Assembly (NCBI RefSeq): GCF_009834535.1
Contig: NC_045696.1
Location: 103,914,001-103,978,000 of the forward strand
Length of the DNA stretch: 64,000 nt
DNA from: Camelus ferus
Taxonomy: Eukaryota
Direction: 5' to 3'
Shown: positions 12,908 to 24,738 of the stretch, piece by piece
Position numbering within the stretch: position 1 is the first letter of the stretch
How the letters are laid out: every line of letters starts with the position of its first letter
The notes under the pieces: generated by a model
What the model was told of the DNA's origin: nothing
The model's input: the letters and a program-made list of their open reading frames with translations, nothing else
The model's database searches: none
Position numbers and translations under genes: made by a program

Positions 12908-14959
12908 GGAACCACCTACAACTCAAGGAAGCAGCGGTTGAAAGCTACATGTAAAGAGATCTTCCATCCAGACAGATTTTATCTGCTGTTTCCTCTGGCA
13001 TCTGGGCCTGTCTGTCAGCTTCGCCCACTGGCTGTTGAGATGACCTTGCATTGTTTCAAACCCTCCTAAGTCACCAAGACACAGCATCAGTCCATGTGGG
13101 GCCCTTCAAAGGGTCCTCCAGATACTACGCAATCGGGGGCAAGTTCTGATGCACAGAAACAATGGAGTGAGACATCTCACCAGCATCCCCTCCCCTAACC
13201 TGGTTCTCATTGTCCTGAACTGTTCAGAGCTGTCCCTGCTCCCATAGGATGTTTCTCAGGATGTCTCCTTCCCCTTGCTTGTGACTCTACCCACATTCCA
13301 ACCTCCATACCCCAGATCAGGTCAACTCCATAACTGACCCCAGGGGTCACCTCCTCCAGGAAGCCCACCCTGAATCCTCAAGTAGTCTGGACATCCCTCT
13401 TCTATGAGCCCACCTGGTTCTTGCTGCCCTCCTGGCTCACACTACAGTACATGTAAGCAAGGGTGTCCACAGTTTGTCAACCCGCCACCCCAAACATCCA
13501 GAGGGCCAGAACCATGTCTCTTTCATGTTTATGCTCCCTCACCAACCGGCACAGGGCAGGCCCTCCACACATGCTTGTTGAACTGAAGGCCTGCTCTGAG
13601 CAGCCCTGTGCTCCATGCTTTTGGTGGAATACCTGCTTGAACCCTCAGGGAGAGCAGTTACCTGACCAGCCGGTGGTGGGGATCATCCAAGCAGGCTTCC
13701 TCGAGAAGACGCCTAAGCTGGGACTGAAAGGCTGAAATGAAGCTGGCTACACGGGGAAAAGGACAGGACGAGGGAGGGCTGGGCGGTGCGGCAAACACCG
13801 CAGACAAGAGGCGGCAGGCTGGCTCTAGACACCTTTGAGGCCTTGGCCCCACCAGGGCTGATGCTCTGGGAGAGGCTGGCTGCAAAGGAGCCTGAAGGAG
13901 CAGACCCCGGGATGGAGGCTGCCTCTCCCCTGGCTACTGCCTGACCTGCCACATCAGCAGTCCTGGGCTTGCCTTGTTCATCTCAAGGGCACTGAGGGGC
14001 AGACTTGGGGACTTGGGGACTGGTGAGCAGATGTGACATCTGGGGTCTGGGGCTGCAGGAAGCTGCTTCTCCTGGCAGGCCTCCCCAGCTCCTCCAGTGC
14101 CCTGTGGGACAATTAGGAACTCTGCTGATCCCAAGCAGAAGACAGGCCAGTGCCCTTCCTCTGGGGGACCAAACCCATGCTCATAGTCTCCAGCTTATCT
14201 CCCCATGTCGGGGCTCTGTCCTGGGACAGAGGACAAGAATCCGCCTGCTTCCTGGCCTTCCCCCACCAGATCTGGCCTTAAGAACCCCGTGTATGCAGCC
14301 CTTTACAGGTGATCCTGATGGAACGCTGGCAACCCCATCCGTAGGTCAGAGCACCACCCCTCCTTTCCTTCTGTGGGGTGGCTCCTCCAGGACCCTGTCC
14401 TTACCATGCTGACGGCCCCAGGGATGGACCCGGCCCTAGCCAACCGTGCCAATAAAGACCCTTTCCAGGAAAGAGAGCTTCCCCATGTGGAAGAGTCCAT
14501 TTTGCAGAGAGTCAGGTGACCTCTGAACCCCTGTCTCCTGCCATCCCTGCCCTAGTTTTTAGTTATCCTACTGTTGTTTAGTTGTCAGCTCTTCCTCTGA
14601 TTGCACAGACACCCTGGCTGACCGAAGCCAGGTGTCAGGGATCCGCAGGTGTCCCAGCACAGGTGAGAACGATGGGGCTAGAGTGCTGGCTCAGCTCTGC
14701 CTGCACTGCTCTGGGCTCAGCTGTCACACAAGTCTTATCACCAAGGGCGCCAGCAAAGAACCTGGAGGGGCCGAGGTGTGGCCCCCTCCCCCACCTGCTT
14801 TGCACCTTCCTAGTCAGAGCCCAGGGCTGGTCACCTCCCTAGCGGACAGTAGTCACATCTTCCTTGGGACTCCTCTTTCCCAGTGCCACTCAAGACTGTC
14901 CTCAGTCACCTCTGCAGCCACGACTGTCCATGGTTCTGAATGCAGGGAGGTGGCATGGG

Positions 14960-15170
14960 CCTGGGGGCCAGAGTCATGAAGACCTGGGCTCAAGTCCTGG
15001 CTCTGTTACTTCTGAGATCGGTGACCCTGGGCCAATGTTCCTGCCTCACTGTGCCTCGCTTCCTTCACCTGTGAAATGAAGACAATGACAGCTGTGCCAG
15101 GGTGGTGGTGAGGATGACTCGAGGCATCACCTGAGAAAGGCCTTCCAGTGGCTGGAATGTGGTAAGAAAT
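14960..15170 (+). mobile_element. MIR SINE
   Basis: gacctgggctcaagtcctggctctgttactt...gtgaccctgggc...tgcctcgcttccttcacctgtgaaatg matches the MIR core. Confidence 0.7.
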
Positions 15171-17853
15171 CCAGCAGTGCTGGTTCCACGTCTGTCCCTT
15201 GAATGTGATTATTCATATTCCTTATGGGCTTTTAAAAGGTCCCACCTTCAACTAAGAATCTGGAAGGGATGCTGACCCGCCGTGGCCACACCTTTCACAG
15301 GAGCACAAGGGAAGTCAGCCACCCTGCCCACCTTGACCACCTTAATTTTAGTAGCTTTTCTGACTCCCTTAAATAATCCAGTTTACCCAAGATGGTGCCT
15401 TCTCATAAGTTAACCCCCAAGTCCTATCTCCTGATTTCTCCAATATCTTCCTCCCAACAGTCCAAACCTCCCCTTGGATTCTCTCCTTCACTGGCCTGCC
15501 AAAGAATCATGGTTTGCTCTGATAGGCAATTCCCACAATCTGCTTGGTGTTCCTCCGTCCACTAAGGTGTCTTTAATGCCCTTTCTGCCTCTAGCCTGCA
15601 CTGAATATAAAAATGTGTGTAAAGCTCAAATAGAAACCAGAACCATGCCACCGGAGCCCACAGTTCGGTTATTTGCTTTCAGTCATTTGCTTTTGAAGGC
15701 AGGGGCAGAAATTGCGTTGACAGGCCTAATGTGAAAAATCAAGTCTGCATCTGGACAGGCTGAGAGGCTTGGTTTCACAGAGACAAGACTGATCGGACAG
15801 CTGAATCCACAGCTACCTTCTGATCTACCAGCCCACAAATACAACACCACAATACACCAACCTTCCTCATTATCCTCATTCTTAATCGGTCTGCATCCCT
15901 CGTTCTCATTGTTTCATGGCAAACCACTGTCAGGCAAGAATCTAGTAAATGCTTTTGGTGCCAGTGATAAGTCTGGTCCCATTCCGGGAGCCAGGAACCA
16001 GAGATTCAGCTCCTGCCCTAGGCTATTCCCAACCTCTTATCTCCTCCCTGCCTGACCCCTCCGACATCTGAGACCTAAGTCCACAGGACAGACAGAGCAC
16101 AGGGGCAGGAGTCCCACTGTGGCCTGAACCTGAGTCCAGGTGTGGCTTCCCGGAGGGGCCAGGAAATCTCATGCTCCTCTGGGGCTACTGGTAACTGGAC
16201 TTATCCTAACCTGGTATCCTGGGTTAGATGCTGCAAACACCAAGGATTCCAAACCATGATAGAAACTAGAAATCAGAGAGACATAAGGGACAGCCTCCCA
16301 AAAGAACTATGGAAAGAACCTCAGTCATCCTTAACCATCTCAGGGCCTGGGTCCCTTCTGCCTCACCTCTGAGAATCTGACAAAAGATACTGATCCTCAC
16401 TCCTGAAAAAGGACTGTACCCACAAGCTTTAAAATTTGATTTCTAGGGGTTCACAGGACCCCTGAAACCACAGGAGACAATGTAGATGTCTGTGGATGCA
16501 GGCTAAGAACCCAATGCACCTGGAAACAGGTTTCCAATTTCAACACCTTCAAGAAGAGCATTTTCTTTTCATAAAATGAAAAGGGATCTTTCAAATTTAT
16601 ATAAATGTGTGTTCATCCTAAAATAGCCATTCAACACTGAGGTATAAAAAGAAGTGAGTCACGCATATTCTTAGCGCCCAGAGAAACCCACAGTGAGCAC
16701 TGCAGTGTGTGTGTGGCTGGATGTCCTGCCGGAGGTGACATCTGTCTTTCTGTCCCTGCTCTGGTGGGAACACTGACAGGGTCCCTATGGCCGAGGGGCA
16801 TTGCTCCCCCCTCCCAAGAGGAACAAATAAGCTTCCTGTGTCTCAAATGTCTGCACCCCATCAAGGCCACCAACGCGACTGCGCAGGAAGATGGGCCAGT
16901 CATTCGCTTCTGTGAAAAGGGTCAAAGGCAAGAGCCGGCCAGGTGGGTGGGAGAGCTTTGGGAAGGCCACCTCTGTGAGACACCATGCGGGTACAGGAGG
17001 CGCTGTGCCCGCAGGTGTCTGGACACTGTGAAGGCCAGCTGTCCGTCCCACCCTCTGGCAGATACCCGGGGCTGGGGAGAGGCAGAGCTGGGTTCCAGGT
17101 TCCCCAAGAGGCAGACCCCTGGCCAGTGAGGTCCAGCCCCTCAGATGACACAGGACAAAGAGGAGAGGAGGGAGGGCAGGCAAGAGGTGACACTGGAGCC
17201 CAAACAAGATAAATCAGAGAGGGCCCTGCATCATGGCCAACTCCCTGTCCCTCCTGCCAGGCGCCTGGCTCTGCTGGGCCTCGCTCTGCTGGGCCTCGCT
17301 GAGGACCACGTGCTGGGGCCATGCTGGCAGAAAGGATGATGAGACAGTTCCAGGTGGTTCTGTGTGCACTGCTGACCTCACTTTCTTATTCAGAACTCAG
17401 ATTCTGCCCCCAAGACCTCATTCCCGATCAGTTTCAAAATCCTCCCCCTCCCACAAGGTAGGGCGTACCAAGGTAGGGCGCTACTAAGATCACAGGGCTC
17501 TGCCTCTGATTAGCGCTCACATCACTTCAAGTTTTGTTTTTTTTTAATGTCATCAGCTTGGAGCCCAGTTGCCAAGACAACAAGGAGAGGGGCCCAAGCT
17601 GATCGGTGCAAACTCCGCCTGGGCAGACTCCCACTGCGTCCTGGGCTCCCCTCCATTCTGTGGTGACTCCAGCGTAAACATCTCGCACCTCCCTCCCCTC
17701 TTCTGTCTCTCTCCTCATACAGTCTTGGAGATTGGCACATCCTCTCCTGAATTCACCAACTCATTTTACTAACACTTTCTAGTTTTACTAACTAACTCTG
17801 ATTGCTTCCTCTCCTCTAAAATGGGAGAGACCCCTTCTTATCAATACTGCTGA

Positions 17854-17855
<2 letters not shown>

Positions 17856-17901
<46 letters not shown>
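17856..17901. repeat. (CA)n microsatellite
   Basis: Uninterrupted AC run of about 45 nt. Confidence 0.97.
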
Positions 17902-17903
<2 letters not shown>

Positions 17904-18164
17904 ATACCCATATAAAATACCACTTGTCCTTTTAGTAAATATATTACAGACATCTTCCAAGTCAATACAGACAGGTCTATGTAAACATGGTGTAGTGGAG
18001 GCAGGATTATTTACTGCTGGACACTTGGTCACCTAGCTCTTTTTCCTATTATAAGCAGCAGTGCAATAAATATCTTTGATCATACATCTCTATCTTCCCA
18101 TTTATTCTTAGGAGAAATTCTCTAAGATCAGAAACAAGGAAGGAAAGAAGAAAGGGAGGAGCAG

Positions 18165-18208
18165 AGAAAGAGAGAGAGAGAGAGAGAGAAGGAGAGAGAG
18201 AGAGAGAG
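18165..18208. repeat. Interrupted (GA)n microsatellite
   Basis: agagagag runs interrupted by aagg. Confidence 0.9.
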
Positions 18209-19317
18209 AAACAATGTCTCCGCCTTGGAAGAACACGAGAAATGACCCACAGACATAAATGTGTCCCCTTTGCAGTTTGTCCCTGGTGCAAGATGGTCTC
18301 ACCTCCTCCAATGCAACTACAACAGGAGCTTAAATTAAGACCTTGTGATCAAAGCTGATTTGTCAGACTTGATCTGGTCACTTGTCTCCAGAATTTTTTT
18401 CACCCACAGATATTTAACTCTATGTGGTAGCTGGATGTGAAACATTCAAAGAAAAAGCAAAATTAAAACTCTCAGAAATTACAAAAAATAAATCTCCATC
18501 CAAGGAAAGAGTCAAGATGAATATAAAAAATACAAAGTGAAACATTTGGGTGATAATGATGAGATGGTGATATTATAACAGAACCCTTAGTTGAAACATG
18601 CAAACCCTCATTTTTAATTTCTTGTTCTTTTGGACTTCAACTCACCAAAATAAAAACCCAGGACGAACTTTATTGTGTTTTTTGAAAAAACAGACAATAC
18701 ATTAGAGCCTTGGCATTCTTGCATCCCCGAACCTTTGCCATCAAAACATATTAATATCTTCATGAATCCCCAGATTCACCCATACCACTGAGACACATGC
18801 TTTTCTCCCTAAAATATACACCAGACAGAGAGGAGAGAATGACAAAGCCCTCAGGCTGGACGGCAGGACACAGGACCAGGCCCACTCAGGGGCCAAGGAG
18901 TCCACTTGCAGCTACGATTATGTGAATTTGTGCCTCAGCAAAATTCACAGGGGTGCCCACAAAGAGCTGGAGCTGCAAATGCCAACAGCCGACCTCGAAG
19001 AGTGGGCTGAGCCTGAAAGCCAGGACCTGGCGGACCGAGGCAAGCAGCGCAGCGCCCGGGCAGCCTGCAAGCGCTCCGCGCTCTCCCACCTGGGGGCAGC
19101 TTTCTTTTAATCTACACACTGTTATACATTTTGTCCCTTTCCTGTCTGCCCATTTCTGTTCCCCTCTAACCTTAAAAACATCTAAATAACAGGAATGAGA
19201 TCTTTAGGCAATTTAACCTGACTCCTGACTTATGCTCTCCTGAATGCACACTATGTTGATTCTTTTCCTAGATTAAGAGAAGAATGAAGAATTAAGTGTT
19301 AAAGAATGACTAGCTCT

Positions 19318-19777
19318 ACTCAGCCATAAAAACTGACAACATAACGCCATCTGCAGCAACATGGATGCTCCTGGAGAATGTCATTCTAAGTGAAGTAAGC
19401 CAGAAAGAGAAAGAAAAATACCATATGAGATCGCTCATATGTGGAATCTAAAAAAAAAACCACACACACAAACGAAGCATAAATACAAAACAGAAATAGA
19501 CTCACAGACATAGAATATAAACTTGTGGTTGCCAAAGGGGCGGGGGGTGGGAAGAGACAGACTGGGATTTCAAAATTGTAGAATGGATAGACAAGATTAT
19601 ACTGTATGGCACAGGGAGATATGTGCAGGATCTTATGGTAGCTCACAGAGAAAAGGATGTGACAATGAATATACACATGTTCATGTATGGCTGAGGAATT
19701 GTGCTGTACACTGGAATTTGACACAACATTGTAAAATGATTATAAATCAATAAAAAAATGTTAAAAAAAAAAAAAAA
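19318..19777 (+). mobile_element. Young 5'-truncated L1 3' end
   Basis: actcagccataaaa...gcaacatggat...ctaagtgaagtaagccagaaagagaaag, then aataaa and a long poly(A). Perfect 17-bp TSD aaagaatgactagctct at 19301-19317 and 19778-19794. Confidence 0.93.
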
Positions 19778-19961
19778 AAAGAATGACTAGCTCTCTATCC
19801 CCAGCAACCCCTTAGCAATCCTGCGGGCAGGTCACGCAGGAAAGGTAACATCTGAAGAGAGCCAGCCTGCATGCGATGGAGAACGATGCCGACCCAACCT
19901 CTCGCCTTGATGATTCACTCAGAATCTTCCACATTTTTTCCCTTTAAAAGCTGTCATGGCT

Positions 19962-19987
19962 TAACAGATGACTAGATAAAGAAGATG

Positions 19988-20037
<50 letters not shown>

Positions 20038-20459
20038 ACACAATGGAATACTGATCAGCCATAAAAAAGAATAAAATAAAGCCATCTGCAACAACATGGA
20101 TGGACCTGCGAGATTGTCATTCTAAGTGAATGAGAAGGAAAGATGCCATATGATATCACTTATATGTGGAATCTAAAAAAAAAAAAAAGACACAAACTAC
20201 TTATTATTTATAACTTAGATGACTGATTTCTTGAGTATGTGTAAGCACATCTGATTGTCCTTTATGATTGGATTACTACATTCTGTTGATTCTTATTTTG
20301 TAGTTGGCTTTATTCCTTTGATAATTACGTAAGTTAAAAAAGCTAATGCTCTAAACTGTTCTTAGAAACAATGAACAGCACATATATGTAAATTTTTAAA
20401 AACTGATTTTCTATTTGCACTATAAAAATACATAGTTTTTTTTTAAAAAAGAAAAAAAA
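19962..20459 (+). mobile_element. Retro-insertion: L1 3' fragment with (CA)n, then about 240 bp of non-L1 sequence and an A tail
   Basis: TSD aaaa(g/a)ctgtcatggct at 19946-19961 and 20455-20470; L1 similarity from 19962 to about 20205. Confidence 0.8.
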
Positions 20460-22509
20460 CTGTCATGGCTGAGCAGAATCTTCAGAACTGGTCTCAGGAC
20501 GTGAGTCCACCTTCTCCCCAGATTGCTGGCTTTTCTGTTTGATTAAAGCACCTTTCCTGTCTACGAAAACTGTCTCTCAATTATTGGCTTTTGAGCAGTG
20601 AGCAGCCAAACCTGAGTAGCAGAACCTGAGTTCGGTAACACCAAGCCTGGTTATTCTCTTTCCTAGCAGACAACAGACCCAAACACAGCAGTGTGAGGGA
20701 CAGGGCATGGGGGCTGGAGGATACAGGAAAATGATGGCTCTGCAGGGAAGAAAGGTGCCAAGGAAACTACTAGATGCATGTCCCCCCCCACACACACACC
20801 ACACACACTACATTCACACACACCACATAGACCACATATATACACACGCTACACACACATGCACACTACATTCTCACACACACCACATACACGCACACAC
20901 ATAGTTGGCTAGGCTGGGCTCCTCAGCTGCCCACCTGAGAACCTGAAGGGATCACCTGCCTCCCTCTGCTCTGGGGCCCATCTCTGCCTTGGCTTTGTTT
21001 CCTTCATGGCCTCTCCTCCTTCATCTGCCCAGACTTCACCTTTCCCTGCCCTCTTATCCCTCCACCTGCACACAGGGCACAGACTCCACAGCTGATAGGG
21101 CTTGGCAAGTGGGCCTGTGGATAAAGAGGGACTCGCGCCGCCCCTAAAGGGGGCAGACCCCCCAGCTGTCAGCTCCAGCCAAGTGTCCCTGTGAGGGACT
21201 CTGGGCCTCGGCTTGTGGACAGTCTGGTTATTAAAAGAGGGGCTGGAAGTTTATGTGAAATTGCCAAGTTTGAAAACACTGGTAAATAAATTTTAAAATG
21301 TGAAAACACTGGCTGGCCAAACAAAACAAGCCCACAGGCTGCGGGTCTGGAGAGGCCTCTGCATGCTCCTGGGAGACCAGGGGACGCTGAACAAAGTCCC
21401 TGAACAGGGGGTCTGATGGGTCTCTCTTAGGCTCAGCCCCTGAAATCCACCCTCCAGCAGGACACTGCACCCACTGTGCTCTTGGGTACCTCCAGTGTCC
21501 CCTGTGCACCTCGCTGACTCCCCTAGATCCCCTCCCCCTTCTCTGCCCCCAGCTCATCCAGCTCCAGGCTTGTCCTGCCCCTCCTCTTGCTCACAGCACT
21601 TTCCCTGGGCCTCCTTGTCCAGGCGCAGGGAGCCATCAGCCCCTCCCAGTCTATGTTCTGGGCATTTCCTTCCACCTTTGGCATACTTACCCCAGACGAC
21701 AGGAGACGTCTGTGTGAGTGAATGCATGAACGGATGAATGAAGACAGCACCTACAGAACTACCCAGACCCTCCATGTCATGGTGGAGCTCCCCAACTTCA
21801 TCCTGGTCCCACCGCAGCACCACCTGATGCTCTCAGCTTTGCTTCTTCCCTTCAGGACCAACACTGGCATCGAAGCCTCCCTCGGCCTTGAACTGAAGGA
21901 GGAGAATGGCCCTCCTAGCATCACCCTTCCACCAGCCTCTGAACAGACAGCACCCAAATTCTGTGTATATCTGAATCCCCCAGGGAGCCCCTGATTCTGT
22001 GGGGAGGGGCACAAAATGTGCTTTTTTTTTTGTTTCTGGAACATGCATCTTAACAAATTCCCAGGGCTACTCTGACCCAGATGCTCAGGAGACCACACTT
22101 CATCTGCCCAGACTGGCAAACACTGCACCATACTGTGGTCTTTCCCAGATACAAATCCAATCATGTGTTGCCTTTCTTGCTCCAGTGGCTCCCTGTACCC
22201 TCAGGATATCACACGGTGACAGAGGTGGCCCAGGCCTTCATCCACCTGCACAGCTACACACAGGTGACTAACCTGGCCCTGCTCCCTCTCGCTCCATCTT
22301 TGCACACCCACTTCCATCTTCCAGGAATGCCCTTCCCAGCTTCCTCTTTGAACAACTCCAACTCACCCTTTGGGGCTGAAGCGTGGGTGTCACTCACTCT
22401 GGGAGTCTTTCCTGACATCCCAGGCTGGCTTAGCTTTTCTTGTCCTTGACCCTCCCCTATCACCCTGCCAGAAGTCATCTCTGATTCATTTTCTTTAACA
22501 AACATGCAC

Positions 22510-22725
22510 ATAGTGATCACTATGCGCTAGGAACTGTTCTAGGTATGCTACAAATATCCTTTACCAACCCTCTGACACAGGAACTCTCATTATCCCCATT
22601 TTACAGATGAGGAAGCCGAGGCCCAGAGAGGGCAGATAACGTGCCTGGGGCACACAGCTGGTAAGTGGCAGGACAGGGATTCGATCCGGGTAGCCTGGCC
22701 CCAGAGTCCACGCTCTTTCCCACCT
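22510..22725 (-). mobile_element. MIR SINE
   Basis: cattatccccattttacagatgaggaagccgaggcccagagag...cacacagctggtaagtggcag is the reverse MIR core. Confidence 0.85.
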
Positions 22726-24707
22726 CCTCGTGCCGCTGCCTCTTTCCCGTCCTAGTACATCGTGCACTGTGTTCTAAGGACCTGCTGGTGATTCTCTCCC
22801 GCTAGACAGAGAACGCCTGTGGCTCTTGGGAGATGAAACTCCCAGCCCAGGGACTAGCACACAGTGGGAACTCAGGGACGTTTGCTGAAGACAAAGCTGC
22901 GCAAACTCATGGCACTGGATCAACAAGGAAGGATAAAATTCCTCAAACCTCAGAGTCAGAAGAGGCTTTAAATGGGATCAGGCCCAATGACATGCCTACC
23001 ACGCTACTGTTTGTAGAGCGCCAGGGTGTGCTCACCACCCGTTCCACCTCTGTGTGATGCTGAATTTCTGGAAGCTCCACCTTATGCTTCCCTGAAATGT
23101 GTCTCCGTGGTCACCAGCCCACACGGAGCTGGTCCGACTCGTCTTACAGATGGATGCTCTCCCGATACTGAAGACAACCCTGGCCTTCACGTCTGCAGGT
23201 TAACCCTTTCCTCTGCTACCTGGGGAGCTGAGTTTCCAGTCCACCTTGACATTTCCCTCAGAACCTGCTCTGGTTAATCAGGGCCCCGCCCAAGAAGCGG
23301 ACCCCCGGACACAAGTGCCATGTGCCCCCCATAGACTGACCCCTATCATGGCCAAAGAACTTTGCTCAAAAAGAAAGAAATGTATGATACGCTGTTTCAA
23401 AAGCTCTCTCAACATGTGGCTGAAGCAGCCTCCTGGACACCAAGAGCCCTGGACCCTGATAATGCTGATGCATTGTGACAGGAACCGGTACTGTTTACAC
23501 CAACTGTGCTTCCCCGAGCCAAGGGTTTTCCCACAAAATCTCCATTCTCATGCCAGTGTTTCAAAGAAGCAACAATTAACTCCTTTTTTACAGAAGAAGA
23601 AACAGAGGCCCTGGGAGGTCCCACTGGGCGAGGGCACACGGCTGCTAAGTGGCAGAGCAGCACTCAGACCCAAGGCTGTGGCTCCGGCGTCTGCATGCTC
23701 CCGCCACGCTGCCGTCTGGGGAATGCCGGTTGGAACGTGGCGAAACGTGCACAAAAGCAGCACGAAGGGAAGGCTGGGCTGAAGCAGGAAAATGGACGGT
23801 CACAAACGAGCAGCAAGAGCAGCAACGTAACTCAGCCCCCACGAGCCCCCACAGCCCGATGGTCCTCTCCGGCCGCCCTGAAGGAGTCCCTCAATTTGAG
23901 AAGCTATCTTCCCACTTGTACTCGTTTTAATGAGAATAATTAATGAGATTTATGCCGGACTTGTTTTCTTCTTCGATTCGAGCATCGGGAACTTCAGGAT
24001 CTCCCTATTTCCAAACTCAAAAACATCCAGGACTTGAAAATACAAAATGAATGATTTTCATTAAAGCCTAGTAGCGTGTAGGGAGTCATTAATACTATTT
24101 AAAATAAACATATTTTGAGAAACTTCGACCTGTATGTTAATCTTTTTTGTCTCCTTTCTCTACTACCTCCACCCCGACAGTGTAGAAAAATACCCAACAC
24201 ACATAAATGCTTAACAAACACATCTGAGCTCACATACACACTTTCTGTACTGAGAAAAAGAAATCCTTATTTAAACAACCTGATTTTTTTTTCATTGTAA
24301 CCTGGGTCATAACTTTCTCATAATCAAAACATCAGAAAAAGAAAACTACCAATGAGACAAAATAAAATGTACAGTCATTCCAGAAAACAAACACAACTAC
24401 GCTGTTCACTTAAAGTCCGAGAAAACCAAGTTACATTCGATTGCCTCAACTCTTTCCTAAAACAGTTGTACATGCTAATCTGGTATTCACAAATTAGCCA
24501 AAAGAAATGGTAAAGCAAAAGTCTATATGTTTTAGGGTAAGGATGAAAATGTAAGTATTACTTAAGCATACGCCTTTGGATTATGCGGTATGGTGTAAGT
24601 GCGGTTTCTTACACCATACTAATTAGCAACCAATAACGTGATTAAATAAATAAAACAATGAAACTCAATTTTCACAGAAACTGTTAAATTCCAAAGTTAC
24701 AGTTTAC

Positions 24708-24738
24708 CTAGAAGCAGAAGAGCGGAAAGGACGTCCAT
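24708..24738 (-). CDS. PXYLP1: Candidate alternative first coding exon of PXYLP1: MDVLSALLLL plus 1 nt, in frame with exon 3
   Basis: aagatATGG context with an in-frame TAA two codons upstream; ends CTAG|GTAAAC; phase 1 matches exon 3. Confidence 0.6.

Larger units (their letters stand above)
19120..20640 (+). mobile_element. ERV-type solo LTR (about 535 bp net) interrupted by two TSD-flanked retro-insertions
   Basis: Inverted termini TGTTA (19120) and TAACA (20640), with attaaa in the distal part. The sequence reads continuously once 19318-19794 and 19962-20470 are removed. No clear LTR TSD. Confidence 0.6.

Noticed and set aside
17268..17485. Short direct duplications (gctctgctgggcctc x2; caaggtagggcg x2)
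   Set aside because: Ordinary two-copy slippage duplications with no further structure.
23246..23943. Overlapping 145-178 aa ORFs, and similar ones at 31422..31976 and 54914..55387
   Set aside because: No recognisable domain or exon structure. The 23.2-kb set partly overlaps a MIR, and all are antisense within PXYLP1 introns.
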